From the IMG/VR virus record IMGVR_UViG_3300044719_000253, positions 162,012 to 226,011 of that record: a stretch of 64,000 bases of DNA. The stretch is one strand, 5' to 3'. Numbering within the stretch: position 1 is the first letter of the stretch; every line of letters begins with the position of its first letter. Below the pieces are notes generated by a model. It was not told the DNA's origin and made no database searches. It was given only the letters and a program-made list of their open reading frames with translations. A program made the position numbers and the translations under genes. This document shows, in pieces, positions 19,986 to 29,911 of the stretch. The DNA comes from a virus (taxonomy: Duplodnaviria; Caudoviricetes).

Positions 19986-20669
19986 TCACGTCAACTTGGT
20001 CGACAAGTGCATGCTGGTCAAATACGTCTCCAGCGTGCGGGTCGATTCCACCCCACCGGCCAAATGCTCAATGGCTTTCATGGAGAATCCCCCGGTCTTG
20101 TCGATCATGGCGTTGGAGGCATCGAAGGCTTTGATGTCACCGCCACGCACTTTAATCTGTTCCGTGATCAGGTTCGGCAAGTCGAGCGCGGCCAGCACCT
20201 GGATCTCGGGTGACGACAGTTTACTGCCTTTCGATTCGCCAGCGGCTTGGCCGGTGAGTTCATCCACCGAACGGTTGTGTTTCGGGATCCTGGCTTTCTT
20301 TTCCAACAGCTGTGCTTGGCGACGGTACGGCAAATCCACCACCAAGTACTTTTTGTTAGTGAGAAACGCCGGCGTCTTGCCATCGTTCGGATTGATCCAC
20401 ACACGCTGGTAAAATTCATGCCCCATGTCTTTCGCCATGGCCAGCGCATTTTCGATCGTGAGTTTATGGGTGCCGAGATTCGGGTCCAGAATCGGCAGAC
20501 GAATGCCGCTTTTGATCTTCATCATGAAGGCATCAAACGCAACATCGTCCATCTTGGCAAACAGGTCACGGTAAATCTGGGTGGTGGGGCCACCCGGCGC
20601 CATTTGCTCAACCCTTTTCAGGATCACGGCTTCGGCGGCTTGTCGATTCTTTGGCATCTTGATCCTCAT
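19986..20669 (-). CDS. Virion RNA polymerase beta C-terminal subunit (phiKZ gp149-like)
   Basis: HNRSVDELTGQAAGESKGSKLSSPEIQVLAALD parallels bacterial beta HARSTG..TQQP..GG.R.GEMEVWAL. Start may be 20657. Confidence 0.85.
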   Translation of the reverse strand: MRIKMPKNRQAAEAVILKRVEQMAPGGPTTQIYRDLFAKMDDVAFDAFMMKIKSGIRLPILDPNLGTHKLTIENALAMAKDMGHEFYQRVWINPNDGKTPAFLTNKKYLVVDLPYRRQAQLLEKKARIPKHNRSVDELTGQAAGESKGSKLSSPEIQVLAALDLPNLITEQIKVRGGDIKAFDASNAMIDKTGGFSMKAIEHLAGGVESTRTLETYLTSMHLSTKLT

Positions 20670-21159
20670 CTTGATCTATGGTGACAAGATAGTTCGCGCA
20701 CGGGCTACCATGCCCTGCCACGTATTCCATCATGTCTTGGGTGTCAGATGATACCCCGTCATAGAAAGAGATGCCATGCGTACAGACTTCCGCCATTTCC
20801 TCGTTACACCAAAAGCCCGCCAAGGCATTATACGTCTTACCTTGGCGATTGGTGCGCACCCGTGCGCCTTCGACATCGATATCATCCCAGGCCGGGATGA
20901 ATTCGCACCAATGGTAACCGTGTTCCAGGCACCAGTCAGCAATCAACTTGCTCACCCCGCTACGGCCTTCACTGAAGATAAAGCAGATGCGGGATTGGAT
21001 CTCAGGTTGATCGAAACCTTGGGTGCGCAGGTACAGTTCCATGCATTGATTAAACAGCACACGGTCGGTGAAAACACGGCTACCAAAGACCACGATGCGA
21101 TAGTCGAATTCGCTTAAGCGTTCCTTTTCAATCGGCCGCTTGGGGTGTTTCGGGTTCAT
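20608..21159 (-). CDS. SLOG / YspA-like (DUF2493-like) protein
   Basis: RIVVFGSRVFTD...WD...NALAGFWCNEEMA...FYDGVSSDTQDM. Confidence 0.65.
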   Translation of the reverse strand: MNPKHPKRPIEKERLSEFDYRIVVFGSRVFTDRVLFNQCMELYLRTQGFDQPEIQSRICFIFSEGRSGVSKLIADWCLEHGYHWCEFIPAWDDIDVEGARVRTNRQGKTYNALAGFWCNEEMAEVCTHGISFYDGVSSDTQDMMEYVAGHGSPCANYLVTIDQDEDQDAKESTSRRSRDPEKG

Positions 21160-21529
21160 GAGCTTTTACCTTCAACGCGCCCGCGCGAATGGCGCTCGGG
21201 ATCACGTCCTTCTTGAAATGGAAGATCCAATCCGTCAACTCCCAGCGCCCGTCGACCAGGCAGCCACGGGCATTGCGGGTCAGCAGAATCTGTTCGTTGG
21301 TCAAGCCTTCGATCAACAGTCCACGCCAGCGGCGGTTGATCAAGAAGCGTTGCACGTTCAGGTCCGACGAAGTCAAGGCTTCTGGTTCCAGCCCGACTTG
21401 CCAGGCTTCTGGATTTTCCACCCCAGCTTCGGTGAGCATCAGCGTCACGGTTTCCACCAGCGACAGCGGATGGTCGTGCTGTTCGGAAGGGTTTTGCTCA
21501 GCGGACAGGGTTTGATCTACAGTATCCAT
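21128..21529 (-). CDS. Hypothetical protein
   Basis: 133-aa ORF packed in the operon. Confidence 0.7.
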   Translation of the reverse strand: MDTVDQTLSAEQNPSEQHDHPLSLVETVTLMLTEAGVENPEAWQVGLEPEALTSSDLNVQRFLINRRWRGLLIEGLTNEQILLTRNARGCLVDGRWELTDWIFHFKKDVIPSAIRAGALKVKAHEPETPQAAD

Positions 21530-21575
21530 ATCAGAAGTAATTAAGTATCAAAAAGTTAACGAACTGAAATTTCTA

Positions 21576-21740
21576 TTATTTCCGGTACAACGCCACCAGG
21601 ATCTGAACCAGCATCAGAAAGATCCCCAGCAACAGCATAAAAATTGCTTTAGCTGGCTGACCGCTATACATGAAGAATAAACTACCGCCTGTGATCGTAG
21701 CGCTCATGATCCCCAGCAACGTATGCATATAGCGAGTCAT
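21576..21740 (-). CDS. Small two-TM membrane protein
   Basis: AGGAGG RBS and ATGA overlap give start 21740 (MTRYMHTLLG...). Two hydrophobic segments. Confidence 0.65.
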   Translation of the reverse strand: MTRYMHTLLGIMSATITGGSLFFMYSGQPAKAIFMLLLGIFLMLVQILVALYRK

Positions 21741-22222
21741 ACCACCTCCTCGAAGCGCCCATCTTCGATCTCGTCGCGACAGCGCGCCCATACGAGGCCG
21801 GTGTCCAGGCTTTGGTAAAAGTAGGCCGGAGTGTTGGTGGCTTCCAGTCGCGCGACATCAGGCCCCATGATCACGGTGTACAATCCGCCCGACTTCTTAT
21901 GGCGGATGCATTGCCCCACCCCAAACATAAACGACGGGATATTGACCCGGCGGTTCTCGTGCGGAACCTCAACACCTTGATCCGAATAGAAGCGGTGGCG
22001 GATTTCATCTACTTCATTAGGCGGCAGCGCATACCAATCGCCGTTCTCCACGTAGGTTTGCGTATAAAAGCCGACTTTATCTGATCCGCTTGTAAAGATC
22101 ATGTACGCTGGCGCCCCGTGATGTTGACAATGTTCCGGAGTCGCCAGAATTAAGCAGTGGAACACACTGCGCTTATAACGCAGAATCTGCCCGCGACTGA
22201 ATTGTGGTTTGATTTTGGACAT
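21737..22222 (-). CDS. Protein with two DUF1653-like domains
   Basis: GQCIRHKKSGGLYTVI...AYFYQSLDTGLVWAR...DGRF, with a similar N-terminal copy (GQILRYKR...YMIF...NGDW). Confidence 0.55.
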   Translation of the reverse strand: MSKIKPQFSRGQILRYKRSVFHCLILATPEHCQHHGAPAYMIFTSGSDKVGFYTQTYVENGDWYALPPNEVDEIRHRFYSDQGVEVPHENRRVNIPSFMFGVGQCIRHKKSGGLYTVIMGPDVARLEATNTPAYFYQSLDTGLVWARCRDEIEDGRFEEVV

Positions 22223-22251
22223 TGAAGCAGTATTCGAGTTGTTATGAAAAG

Positions 22252-22276
22252 ATACGCCCCCGCTCGGAGGGCGTAT
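22252..22276 (-). terminator. Terminator hairpin
   Basis: ATACGCCC/GGGCGTAT stem with adjacent A-tract, downstream of the RecA-like gene. Confidence 0.55.
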
Positions 22277-22280
22277 TCGA

Positions 22281-23849
22281 TTATGCAGTCTTCAGTTCCA
22301 GTTCTTTGGCGAGACCGTAGATCGCTTTGCCTTCTTCCATATCGGTCAGGAGCGGACCCCATTCCATGGCGTTCAGCTTCGACTCATACGGGCCCTTATT
22401 GACCTTCCTGGCCGCTTCTGGACCGACGACTTGGTCGTACCAGTACGGATGGTAGCCGCCGTGGTACATGCGCCACAGGTCGATGGTGGACAGTTCCGGG
22501 CATGGACCTTCGCCGAGGCACCAGTAACCACGCGTGTTGAGCAGGACCTTCCAGTCATAACCACGCGCCGTCAAACCCTTGTAGAGTTCATCCGGCTCCA
22601 CGAACCAGCCTTCTTCGATGATCCACGGCCAGTGCTCGTGCATCTGCTTCATTTCCATCGTGAAGTTCAGAGCGCGGCGGAACAACGGATCGTCATCGAT
22701 CACCATACGCACGGTGTTACGGGTCACCTTCACGCCAGGATACAGCATCAGTTCCATGATCGAGCCACCGCCACCGGAGACTTCCATACCCCAGCGTTTG
22801 CGGCTGCGCAGGTAGTGAAATTCGGTCAGTTCCGGTTGCACGCCATATTTCTGCGACACCAGCAGTTCATGCCAGATACCCGATGCACCACCTTTGCAAC
22901 GCAGTTGCTTGAGCTTCGACAATTGCAAGTCAGTGTCACCAGGGCGGGCCAGTGCCGGTTCCAGCGGGTATTCCGGCTTCTTGTCATCGTCCCAGAGGGG
23001 GTCGGACTTTTCGATCCACCAGCAGTCATGCGTAACCGTGGTGAATTTGTTGGTGGCGCCTTTAATGGCTTCCGACGATGGCAGATTACGCAGTTGACGG
23101 CGCGGCGGTGCATGGGGCGAAGCGCCGATGTCCATGTTCTTGCCTGTCTGTGCCACCAGCACCGTGTAGTTGTTGGCCTGGATCGTCACACGCGGCAGTT
23201 CGGCGAGGAAGTTGGTTTTGACCAGACTGGCGCGCATGTTGATGATGTTCTGCGCACTCGATCCCAGTTCCGTCTTTTCGCGCACTGCGTCAATATCGTC
23301 GGTATCGAATTCCGACAGCGGGTCCACGGCACAGAAGGTCGGCACGAACATCTTGAAAGGCGTCTTACCGCCGCGGTCGACAAACGGCGTGTCGTAGTTA
23401 TTTTTGCGATCTTTCCGTTTGGCTTCGAGCCAGTCTTTGACCACTTCGAAAAACTTGTTGCCACTGTAGACGACTTTGTTCGTCAACGTGAAACGGCCTG
23501 CCGAGAACAGATCACGCCCACAGAGGTCGCGGATCCCGAGCTGCAGATCGGTCATACGTGGCTCGTTTTTATTGACGTCCGCATCGTAGAAGATACCTGC
23601 ACTAAGGGTCGGGAAATCCCAAGCTGTCACACGCCCCATGGCGGTATAAATCATCCATTCAGCCAGCGTGGATTTACCGTTGTTACCACCCGAGGCAATC
23701 CCCATGATGTAGGAAAGACCGCCCGACAAGACGTTTTGACGATGCAATCCTCTGTAGTAGCTTCCGTTGAGAACGTCGAAGCCAGCACCAATGGGGCATG
23801 ACGGATTAATAAATGCTGCGGGTTGAAGATTGGTGGGAAGTAAGCTCAC
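22281..23849 (-). CDS. uvsX: RecA/UvsX-like recombinase ATPase (phiKZ gp152-like)
   Basis: Walker A GIASGGNNGKST, Walker B CAVDPLSEF, position near the gp149-like gene. Confidence 0.75.
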   Translation of the reverse strand: MSLLPTNLQPAAFINPSCPIGAGFDVLNGSYYRGLHRQNVLSGGLSYIMGIASGGNNGKSTLAEWMIYTAMGRVTAWDFPTLSAGIFYDADVNKNEPRMTDLQLGIRDLCGRDLFSAGRFTLTNKVVYSGNKFFEVVKDWLEAKRKDRKNNYDTPFVDRGGKTPFKMFVPTFCAVDPLSEFDTDDIDAVREKTELGSSAQNIINMRASLVKTNFLAELPRVTIQANNYTVLVAQTGKNMDIGASPHAPPRRQLRNLPSSEAIKGATNKFTTVTHDCWWIEKSDPLWDDDKKPEYPLEPALARPGDTDLQLSKLKQLRCKGGASGIWHELLVSQKYGVQPELTEFHYLRSRKRWGMEVSGGGGSIMELMLYPGVKVTRNTVRMVIDDDPLFRRALNFTMEMKQMHEHWPWIIEEGWFVEPDELYKGLTARGYDWKVLLNTRGYWCLGEGPCPELSTIDLWRMYHGGYHPYWYDQVVGPEAARKVNKGPYESKLNAMEWGPLLTDMEEGKAIYGLAKELELKTA

Positions 23850-23986
23850 TGATAGCTCCGTTTTCTTGTGAATGAGGCACTGCTGCTTCGATGCCGGACC
23901 GTAGAATATGGCCCGGTAATAAATTTTATGATTCGCAATTCCGATGTGTAATCGGTTCTCCCAACTTTTGTGAAAAGATCACGACC

Positions 23987-24853
23987 ATGACTCTCCCCGC
24001 CCACCACCTGAAAACCGATCCGCTCCAAGAGATGGAGCGCCTGCGCCTGCTGATCAACCATGAAACCTTTTCGGTCTCGGGTATCGTGCATTCGCTGCAA
24101 AACCTGATCCCGACGCTGCAAAAGAATTTCCAAGGTTTCATCCACGGCTTCAGCAAATCCGAGCCGGCGGTGCAACTGAAGGGTGACGAGCGTGACTTCC
24201 TCAAACAAGTCGAAGGGCGGGTGTACCTGAACCTCGCACCGTTGCTGGCATATGTTCCGGAAGGGCTGGACGTGCCGTACCTGGAATACCTCAGCGTGCT
24301 GCAACAAGCGGTCATGCATTGCCACGAAACCACGCTGAAAACCCTGAACGACTACTCGGTGTATCTGGCCCAGATCATCACCAACCGCCAACTCAAGATC
24401 ACCGGGATGCCCCATGACGCGGCGTATGCGAAGATGGAAAAGACTCGGCAAGAGCTGACCCAACGTCTGGCCAAGTGCTTCAAGACCGGCTCGTCGCGGG
24501 CTGAAGCCACCTATGGCGATGTGGTGGGCCGGAATGGTGACTGGGCTGAAGTGTTTAAAGAGATCGCTCGCATCGACCAGCTGGTTAACAAGATCGACCG
24601 CAGTGCACTGCATCAAAAGGCCGAGGAATGCAATACCCAGCTCAACACCATCATCAAGCAGATTCGCAACAACGAGTTTGAAGGCGCGGGCCCGGAAGTC
24701 ACCAACAACCTGGCCGGGGGTGCCTACCAAGCGGGCGCGGAACTGGAATTCTTCGCCGCTACGTACTTCCGCGTGATGACGCTCAATACTGCGATCGCGG
24801 ACACCATGCGCAAGGTGAGCGAGATCCTGAAAGAGCAAAACGAAAATCGCTAA
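23987..24853 (+). CDS. Probable virion structural protein (phiKZ gp153-like)
   Basis: Helical ORF of about 288 aa, divergent from the RecA-like gene. Start adjusted to MTLPAHHL. Assignment by synteny only. Confidence 0.55.
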   Translation: MTLPAHHLKTDPLQEMERLRLLINHETFSVSGIVHSLQNLIPTLQKNFQGFIHGFSKSEPAVQLKGDERDFLKQVEGRVYLNLAPLLAYVPEGLDVPYLEYLSVLQQAVMHCHETTLKTLNDYSVYLAQIITNRQLKITGMPHDAAYAKMEKTRQELTQRLAKCFKTGSSRAEATYGDVVGRNGDWAEVFKEIARIDQLVNKIDRSALHQKAEECNTQLNTIIKQIRNNEFEGAGPEVTNNLAGGAYQAGAELEFFAATYFRVMTLNTAIADTMRKVSEILKEQNENR

Positions 24854-24901
24854 GGCATAGGCCCCCGCCCGCCCCTTTAGGGGACGGGTGGGGGTATGTC
24901 G
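24854..24901. terminator. GGCATA...TATGTCG family hairpin between convergent genes
   Basis: GC-rich stem with conserved outer arms. Confidence 0.65.
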
Positions 24902-24915
24902 TCACGGCGCGGGGT

Positions 24916-25317
24916 TTAGGCGCCTAACAGCTCAATCCGACCTTTGAGAATGACGGCGACGTCATTCTCGATTTCTTCCTGATTCCCGTACAGCAGCCAT
25001 GAGGGCATACTGTTCAGAATGTTGGCAACGATCGCTGCGATTCGATCCGTGGTAAACGTGCCTTGGGTCACATCTTCTTGACAGACCTCGTAGCTGGTCT
25101 TGCCATGCCAGATCACCTTGGACAAAATCGCCGGGACCGCGAGCGCTGATTCCCCCGATTCGGACAAGGCCAAGACGTGATTCAATCGCTTGAATGTTTC
25201 ACGGTCATACGACGTTGCTCCCTTCAGCAGTGCCGCGAACGAAGCCAAAAACACTTGCCGCTTGGTTTTGGCTGGCAACTTTTCGTTCAAGACATTACTG
25301 ATCAATCGCTTGAGCAT
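24916..25317 (-). CDS. Hypothetical protein
   Basis: 133-aa ORF with AAGGAG RBS. Confidence 0.75.
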   Translation of the reverse strand: MLKRLISNVLNEKLPAKTKRQVFLASFAALLKGATSYDRETFKRLNHVLALSESGESALAVPAILSKVIWHGKTSYEVCQEDVTQGTFTTDRIAAIVANILNSMPSWLLYGNQEEIENDVAVILKGRIELLGA

Positions 25318-25362
25318 GATAGACTCCTTGGGCCCAGCCCATGTTAAGTAATAGCTTGCTCC

Positions 25363-26880
25363 TTATGATTGAGGATTAAGCAAGCGCAGGTTGCTGTACG
25401 TGCCCGCCCAGATACCCACTGCGTCCTTCACTTTGATGATAGTCGCAAATCGGAAAGCGTGCGGCTCTTCCGACCAGGTAACGAGACGAACTTCCGGTTC
25501 CAAGTCTTCGAGCCGACGCAGACCATTGCGGTCCAGTAAATCCAATCCGAGCAACAGATTGATTTCTGCGGTTTCAGTAACCCGACCCGGACGACGGAAT
25601 TGCACTTCCGCAGTCATCCGATCGGTGCCCACCACGAATTCTGGACGCAGACGCGTGACTCGTTTCTCGTCGCCCTTTTTATTGGTTTCGACAAGTGACT
25701 CATAAATTAGCGAGGTGATATCAGTGGTGACCATTTCAGTGTTGCCCGCCAAATAATCATCCAGAATTTCCTTCAACTGCGCCAACTCATTTTCACAACG
25801 CGCAATCAAGAGCGGCGGGTTGTGTTCCCGGGTTACATGCTCTTTTTTGTCCCGCACCACAGCGTCCAAATACGACTTGGCATCCGGTGGATTGTTCAGC
25901 ACATGGTCGCCGTATTGCAACAGATACGCATGCACCTCGGCCTTGTAGATATAGTCGACCCGAGCGATCATCACGGTGTCAGCACCATCCGCCACCTTGC
26001 AGCTATGTTGCCGCACCGTCTCCAGCGCCATTTCGGGTTTTTCCAGTCGTACATATGCGTACGCACCATTGGCCATACGCTTACCGGCCAAGTCATCGTC
26101 TTTGTCGTGTTCACCCAGACAGTATTCGCCCGGCAGATTCGATTCCGGCAGGGTGTTGTAATACATGCGACGGTGACTGATGAACGGGTGACGGTTGGCA
26201 TCGTACTTCCAGTAGCCATCCGGTTTACTCAGAGTGACCCGAGTTTCCATCTGACCGTTGGTGGCGTAACGCATCCCCACGAATGCCATGCCGTCGGCCA
26301 ACTCATTGCCAAACGTGCCCGGATCACCTTCCACCCCGTGGCCTTTGACCCAGTTCACTCCGATATCGACACCACGCTCTTGCAGTTCCCGATACAAACG
26401 CTGGGCTTCTCGCCACAGTTCCGGGTTCATGGGTTCTTTACCGCTGGACAGCCGCCAGTTGTTTTTCTCCCAAGTAAACACTGCCACGATGCCATGCACG
26501 ACGTACTGGCTGTCCGACCAGATCCGCAGTTTCTTGACGTCTTGTTCCAACGCCAATTTAAACATTTCAATCAGACCCGTCAGTTCTGCTTGGTTGTTGG
26601 AAGATCCATACGGCAGCGCACCGAATGCATCGATATACAACAACGGGGTCACCAGGGGCAGGTTGGGCATCGTCGCCTTTTCAGTCTTGGTGAGGTAATC
26701 GTTCTCAGTCAGGACGTAATCCGGATTGCCGGTACCTTTGGTGGGTTCGGTTGCTTCGTAGATGTAGCCGTGGGCGCCCCAGCCCGCGTACACTTTATTC
26801 GGCCGCGCGGATCCATCCGCGTGTACCATCATGCCCTTCATGCCAGGCACTTTTTCTTCTGCGTCTTTTTTCTTGGCCAT
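25363..26880 (-). CDS. rnhA: Ribonuclease HI with C-terminal extension (phiKZ gp155-like)
   Basis: HADGSARPN, SNNQAELTGL, IWSDSQYVVHGI, WVKGH and GNELADGMA: all four catalytic acidic residues present. Confidence 0.92.
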   Translation of the reverse strand: MAKKKDAEEKVPGMKGMMVHADGSARPNKVYAGWGAHGYIYEATEPTKGTGNPDYVLTENDYLTKTEKATMPNLPLVTPLLYIDAFGALPYGSSNNQAELTGLIEMFKLALEQDVKKLRIWSDSQYVVHGIVAVFTWEKNNWRLSSGKEPMNPELWREAQRLYRELQERGVDIGVNWVKGHGVEGDPGTFGNELADGMAFVGMRYATNGQMETRVTLSKPDGYWKYDANRHPFISHRRMYYNTLPESNLPGEYCLGEHDKDDDLAGKRMANGAYAYVRLEKPEMALETVRQHSCKVADGADTVMIARVDYIYKAEVHAYLLQYGDHVLNNPPDAKSYLDAVVRDKKEHVTREHNPPLLIARCENELAQLKEILDDYLAGNTEMVTTDITSLIYESLVETNKKGDEKRVTRLRPEFVVGTDRMTAEVQFRRPGRVTETAEINLLLGLDLLDRNGLRRLEDLEPEVRLVTWSEEPHAFRFATIIKVKDAVGIWAGTYSNLRLLNPQS

Positions 26881-26967
26881 GCCTCGTATCCGTTATCTAA
26901 AAATGTCAAGCCATCACTGGTCTAAAGGATGAGGCGACGGGATAAAAAACCGATTGGTTAAGGTCTT

Positions 26968-27390
26968 TTAGTATTTACTCACGACTTCGCAGTGGTTGGC
27001 AAAGTAGGTTCTGGCCTCACGCGCCAACCGTTTACGTTCGCTGATGTACGCCCGTAGCTCATCGATATGTTTGCGCTCAATCCGCTCGATTGCATACACG
27101 TCCCCATTGGCAGCCGCCAGCGCTTTGCTGGGAAGTTCCGGTGGGTTCCCGGGCGTGGGATAGGGCGAGATGGTGCACGGGGTGGATTTGGTCTCGACGG
27201 TGATCTGTTGTGGGGGTGCGCTGATGCTGGCCAGCTCTTCTTCCTCCGTGGCCGGTGTGACGTGTGGATCACGGATGGTTTCAGTGCGTCCAAGGGGGAA
27301 TGAATATGTGTTGAAGCTATTGTTAAAGCTTCCGCAGCCGCCTAACACCAAGATGAATACGGAGGCGACCATTTTAGTCGATCGTTGCAT
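26968..27390 (-). CDS. Lipoprotein, o-spanin-like candidate
   Basis: Lipobox VLGGC after a hydrophobic stretch, a Pro-rich segment with Cys, and a helical C-terminus. Confidence 0.5.
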   Translation of the reverse strand: MQRSTKMVASVFILVLGGCGSFNNSFNTYSFPLGRTETIRDPHVTPATEEEELASISAPPQQITVETKSTPCTISPYPTPGNPPELPSKALAAANGDVYAIERIERKHIDELRAYISERKRLAREARTYFANHCEVVSKY

Positions 27391-27411
27391 GTTGGAATCC
27401 CTAATGGCAAA

Positions 27412-27843
27412 TTAATGTTCTGTTGCTTCGCGTTGACGAATCCTCTCAAAGTCAGACCGGACTTCTTCCGCCAGATTGGTATCAGCTTTGGAGGTCGAGT
27501 GCGCTTTGTTTTCTCGTTTCACTTCCGTCACCACTTCGGTGCTGTTTACGATAGGATGGCGCGACGACCCTTCCGGTAAGGCCTTGTTTTTCTCGACCAC
27601 CGCCATCTTCTGTTTCAATTCTTCATTGGCGCGGGACAGTTCCAAATAGTGATACGCCAAGGTACCGGCTTTGGTCATCAATAACACATTAAAGATCACC
27701 GATATCACCACCACTAAGGTCAAGATCGTCTTGCCACGATTTTCTCGAAAGGCTTGGCGCCAAGTCTTCTTACCGAGTATCATTTCTCGTAAGAAAGGTA
27801 CCAAGTAAGGAATGAGTTTGAATATAAGGGCGAAAAAAGACAT
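27412..27843 (-). CDS. Membrane protein with coiled coil, i-spanin-like candidate
   Basis: TM segment TILTLVVVISVIFNVLLM followed by a coiled coil. Confidence 0.5.
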   Translation of the reverse strand: MSFFALIFKLIPYLVPFLREMILGKKTWRQAFRENRGKTILTLVVVISVIFNVLLMTKAGTLAYHYLELSRANEELKQKMAVVEKNKALPEGSSRHPIVNSTEVVTEVKRENKAHSTSKADTNLAEEVRSDFERIRQREATEH

Positions 27844-27935
27844 CCTGCATTCCTTTAAGTTATTTTATAGATCTCGGGCCAGTATCCGGCCTTTTATACC
27901 TTCACCCCACGCCACCCCTACGGCAGGAGAATTCG

Positions 27936-29228
27936 ATGTACGTACAGAAGAGTTTCATGACAAATAACACCTTCGCCAATAACACGCCTGGTGTGGTGGC
28001 GAAGCTGGGGGAACTGTCGGACAACGCCCGCACGTTTGCACGTGAGAAAGGCATTTACAGCGACGCCTCCAAGGCACCGAATCTGGTGCTCACCAGTTTC
28101 ATTTCCAAACTCGACGGCACAGCGATCGTGATGCCAACCGTCCTTGTCCAACAAACCCTGGACATTGGCAACTTCGTCTACACCCATGGCAACACCACGG
28201 CGACAGTGTTGCTGGAAAACCTCTTGACCACCTATGCGGGGACGGCCAGTAACTTCGCTTGCGGGAATATGATCACAGACGGCGGGGTCACCTTGCCGGA
28301 ATGGGTCTCGTGGAAGAGCTTGAGCGATACCGCGCATCCGGATAACTTCAACAAGGTCTGGTTTGTGGACAGCAGCTTTCAGCTGCAGTATGATGAGACG
28401 GAAATCTACGTCGTTCCGCCATTTGACACGCTGGATAACTTCTTTCAAGCCGGCGATCAAGTCCAGGGCTACGTCAGTGCCTTGACCAGTTCGGATGCCA
28501 TGAACCGCATCATGGTTGCCAAACAAGGATATTCGGAAACCTACATCCGCACCAACACCTTTAACTGGATCGATCCACTGAACGTCAACCACAAGATCGC
28601 CACGGATTGGAGTGTGTTGATTTACGGTCCGGCCGGTGACAATCCCGACTCAATCAAAGATGCGTTGATGGCCTACATCTTGGCCAACTCGACCCATAGT
28701 CGGGATGAGTGGGTGACGCGATTTCCCGATATTTTCAAGCGGACTGAATTCATCATTCTGCCGCTCTGGGATCAATTCGCCATTCCGAATAAAGAACTGA
28801 CCACCGGAATTTATTCGCCGCAGATCGCTTACGCGAGCATCAGCGCCAAAATGGCCCAGTTCGCAGTCCAGTACCCACCGACTCATATTGATGCGAATCT
28901 GACGATGTATAGCCATCCCTATCGGTCGCTGGCATTGTGCTCGGTCGGCTCGCCCGATAACCGCAACGCGGTGTACCAGCTGCCCGGGATGTTCCCCGAC
29001 CTGATCGCAGTCAGCTCCACCTCGCTCGACTTCAACCGCATGAAGCAAGCGACGCAAGACTGGGCGGCGATGCTGGAGCGTATGTTGGTGGCAGCAGAAA
29101 CGGTGACGCAGTACACCAGCGTGCCGGTGGAGATGCACAAGGTCACCCGAGACGGGGTGTTGTACGTGACCCAAAGCTACCAGAACGTGAACTATCTGGT
29201 GGTGGCTAAATCGAGTGTGGATGCATAA
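27936..29228 (+). CDS. Probable virion structural protein
   Basis: 430-aa ORF with AGGAGA RBS in the conserved phiKZ-like structural block. Confidence 0.6.
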   Translation: MYVQKSFMTNNTFANNTPGVVAKLGELSDNARTFAREKGIYSDASKAPNLVLTSFISKLDGTAIVMPTVLVQQTLDIGNFVYTHGNTTATVLLENLLTTYAGTASNFACGNMITDGGVTLPEWVSWKSLSDTAHPDNFNKVWFVDSSFQLQYDETEIYVVPPFDTLDNFFQAGDQVQGYVSALTSSDAMNRIMVAKQGYSETYIRTNTFNWIDPLNVNHKIATDWSVLIYGPAGDNPDSIKDALMAYILANSTHSRDEWVTRFPDIFKRTEFIILPLWDQFAIPNKELTTGIYSPQIAYASISAKMAQFAVQYPPTHIDANLTMYSHPYRSLALCSVGSPDNRNAVYQLPGMFPDLIAVSSTSLDFNRMKQATQDWAAMLERMLVAAETVTQYTSVPVEMHKVTRDGVLYVTQSYQNVNYLVVAKSSVDA

Positions 29229-29851
29229 TGACTCAGTACATCGTTCCCAATCTGGGAGCCAGCGGGGTCATTAAACTCAAAGACCCGTTCGCGGGTCTGT
29301 GTGCGGCGAATACCCCGTACACGGTCACCAGTATTCAGACGCTGCAAGATATCGTCGCTGATGGCCAAGACCCGTTCGCGCTCTATTATAGCCCGTTTGG
29401 CTTGGATCAAACGGTGTATGCCCAAGACATCAATGACCGAGTGTGTATCGTGTCCCTCACCCCCTCGGATGGGGATGTGGTCAGGGTACCCAACAGTTAT
29501 TTGATTTCGTTACCGATCGCCATGGGGATTCCGTACGCCACCATGATGGTCGGGATCAATCTCGGGGCATTACCGCAAGATTTGAGCCTGGCGTATTTCA
29601 TGACTCAAGTGGCTGAACTCGCCCATGATCTACTCGGGGTGGACAACGCGGCGGTGCGCGCCATGCGCGCTTCATCCCTGACGTATTTGTCAGTGGACGA
29701 TGCTGCCACGATTGAAGCGGCGCGCCAGACGGTGATGCAAGCCGTTACCACCGAAACTGCCCGGCGCTTGGCTGCAGAAACTGCGCTCAATGCGTTGCAA
29801 CAGAAGTACAACGATCTGGAAGCGTACGCGCTGGCCCACACCACGCCGTAA
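29228..29851 (+). CDS. Hypothetical protein, probably virion-associated
   Basis: 207 aa, TAATG-coupled to the upstream gene. Confidence 0.65.
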   Translation: MTQYIVPNLGASGVIKLKDPFAGLCAANTPYTVTSIQTLQDIVADGQDPFALYYSPFGLDQTVYAQDINDRVCIVSLTPSDGDVVRVPNSYLISLPIAMGIPYATMMVGINLGALPQDLSLAYFMTQVAELAHDLLGVDNAAVRAMRASSLTYLSVDDAATIEAARQTVMQAVTTETARRLAAETALNALQQKYNDLEAYALAHTTP

Positions 29852-29896
29852 CGGCATACTCCCGCTACCCCACGAGGGGTAGCGGGAGCTATGTCG
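29852..29896. terminator. CGGCATA...TATGTCG family hairpin
   Basis: 13-bp stem CTCCCGCTACCCC/GGGGTAGCGGGAG between convergent genes. Confidence 0.7.
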
Positions 29897-29911
29897 ACCT
29901 ACTGATTTTCT

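Noticed and set aside
22431-23801. Long antisense ORFs (also 25822-26925, 23846-24838, 62505-63602 and others)
   Set aside because: They are shadows of GC-rich codon bias opposite recognisable genes, with no motifs of their own.
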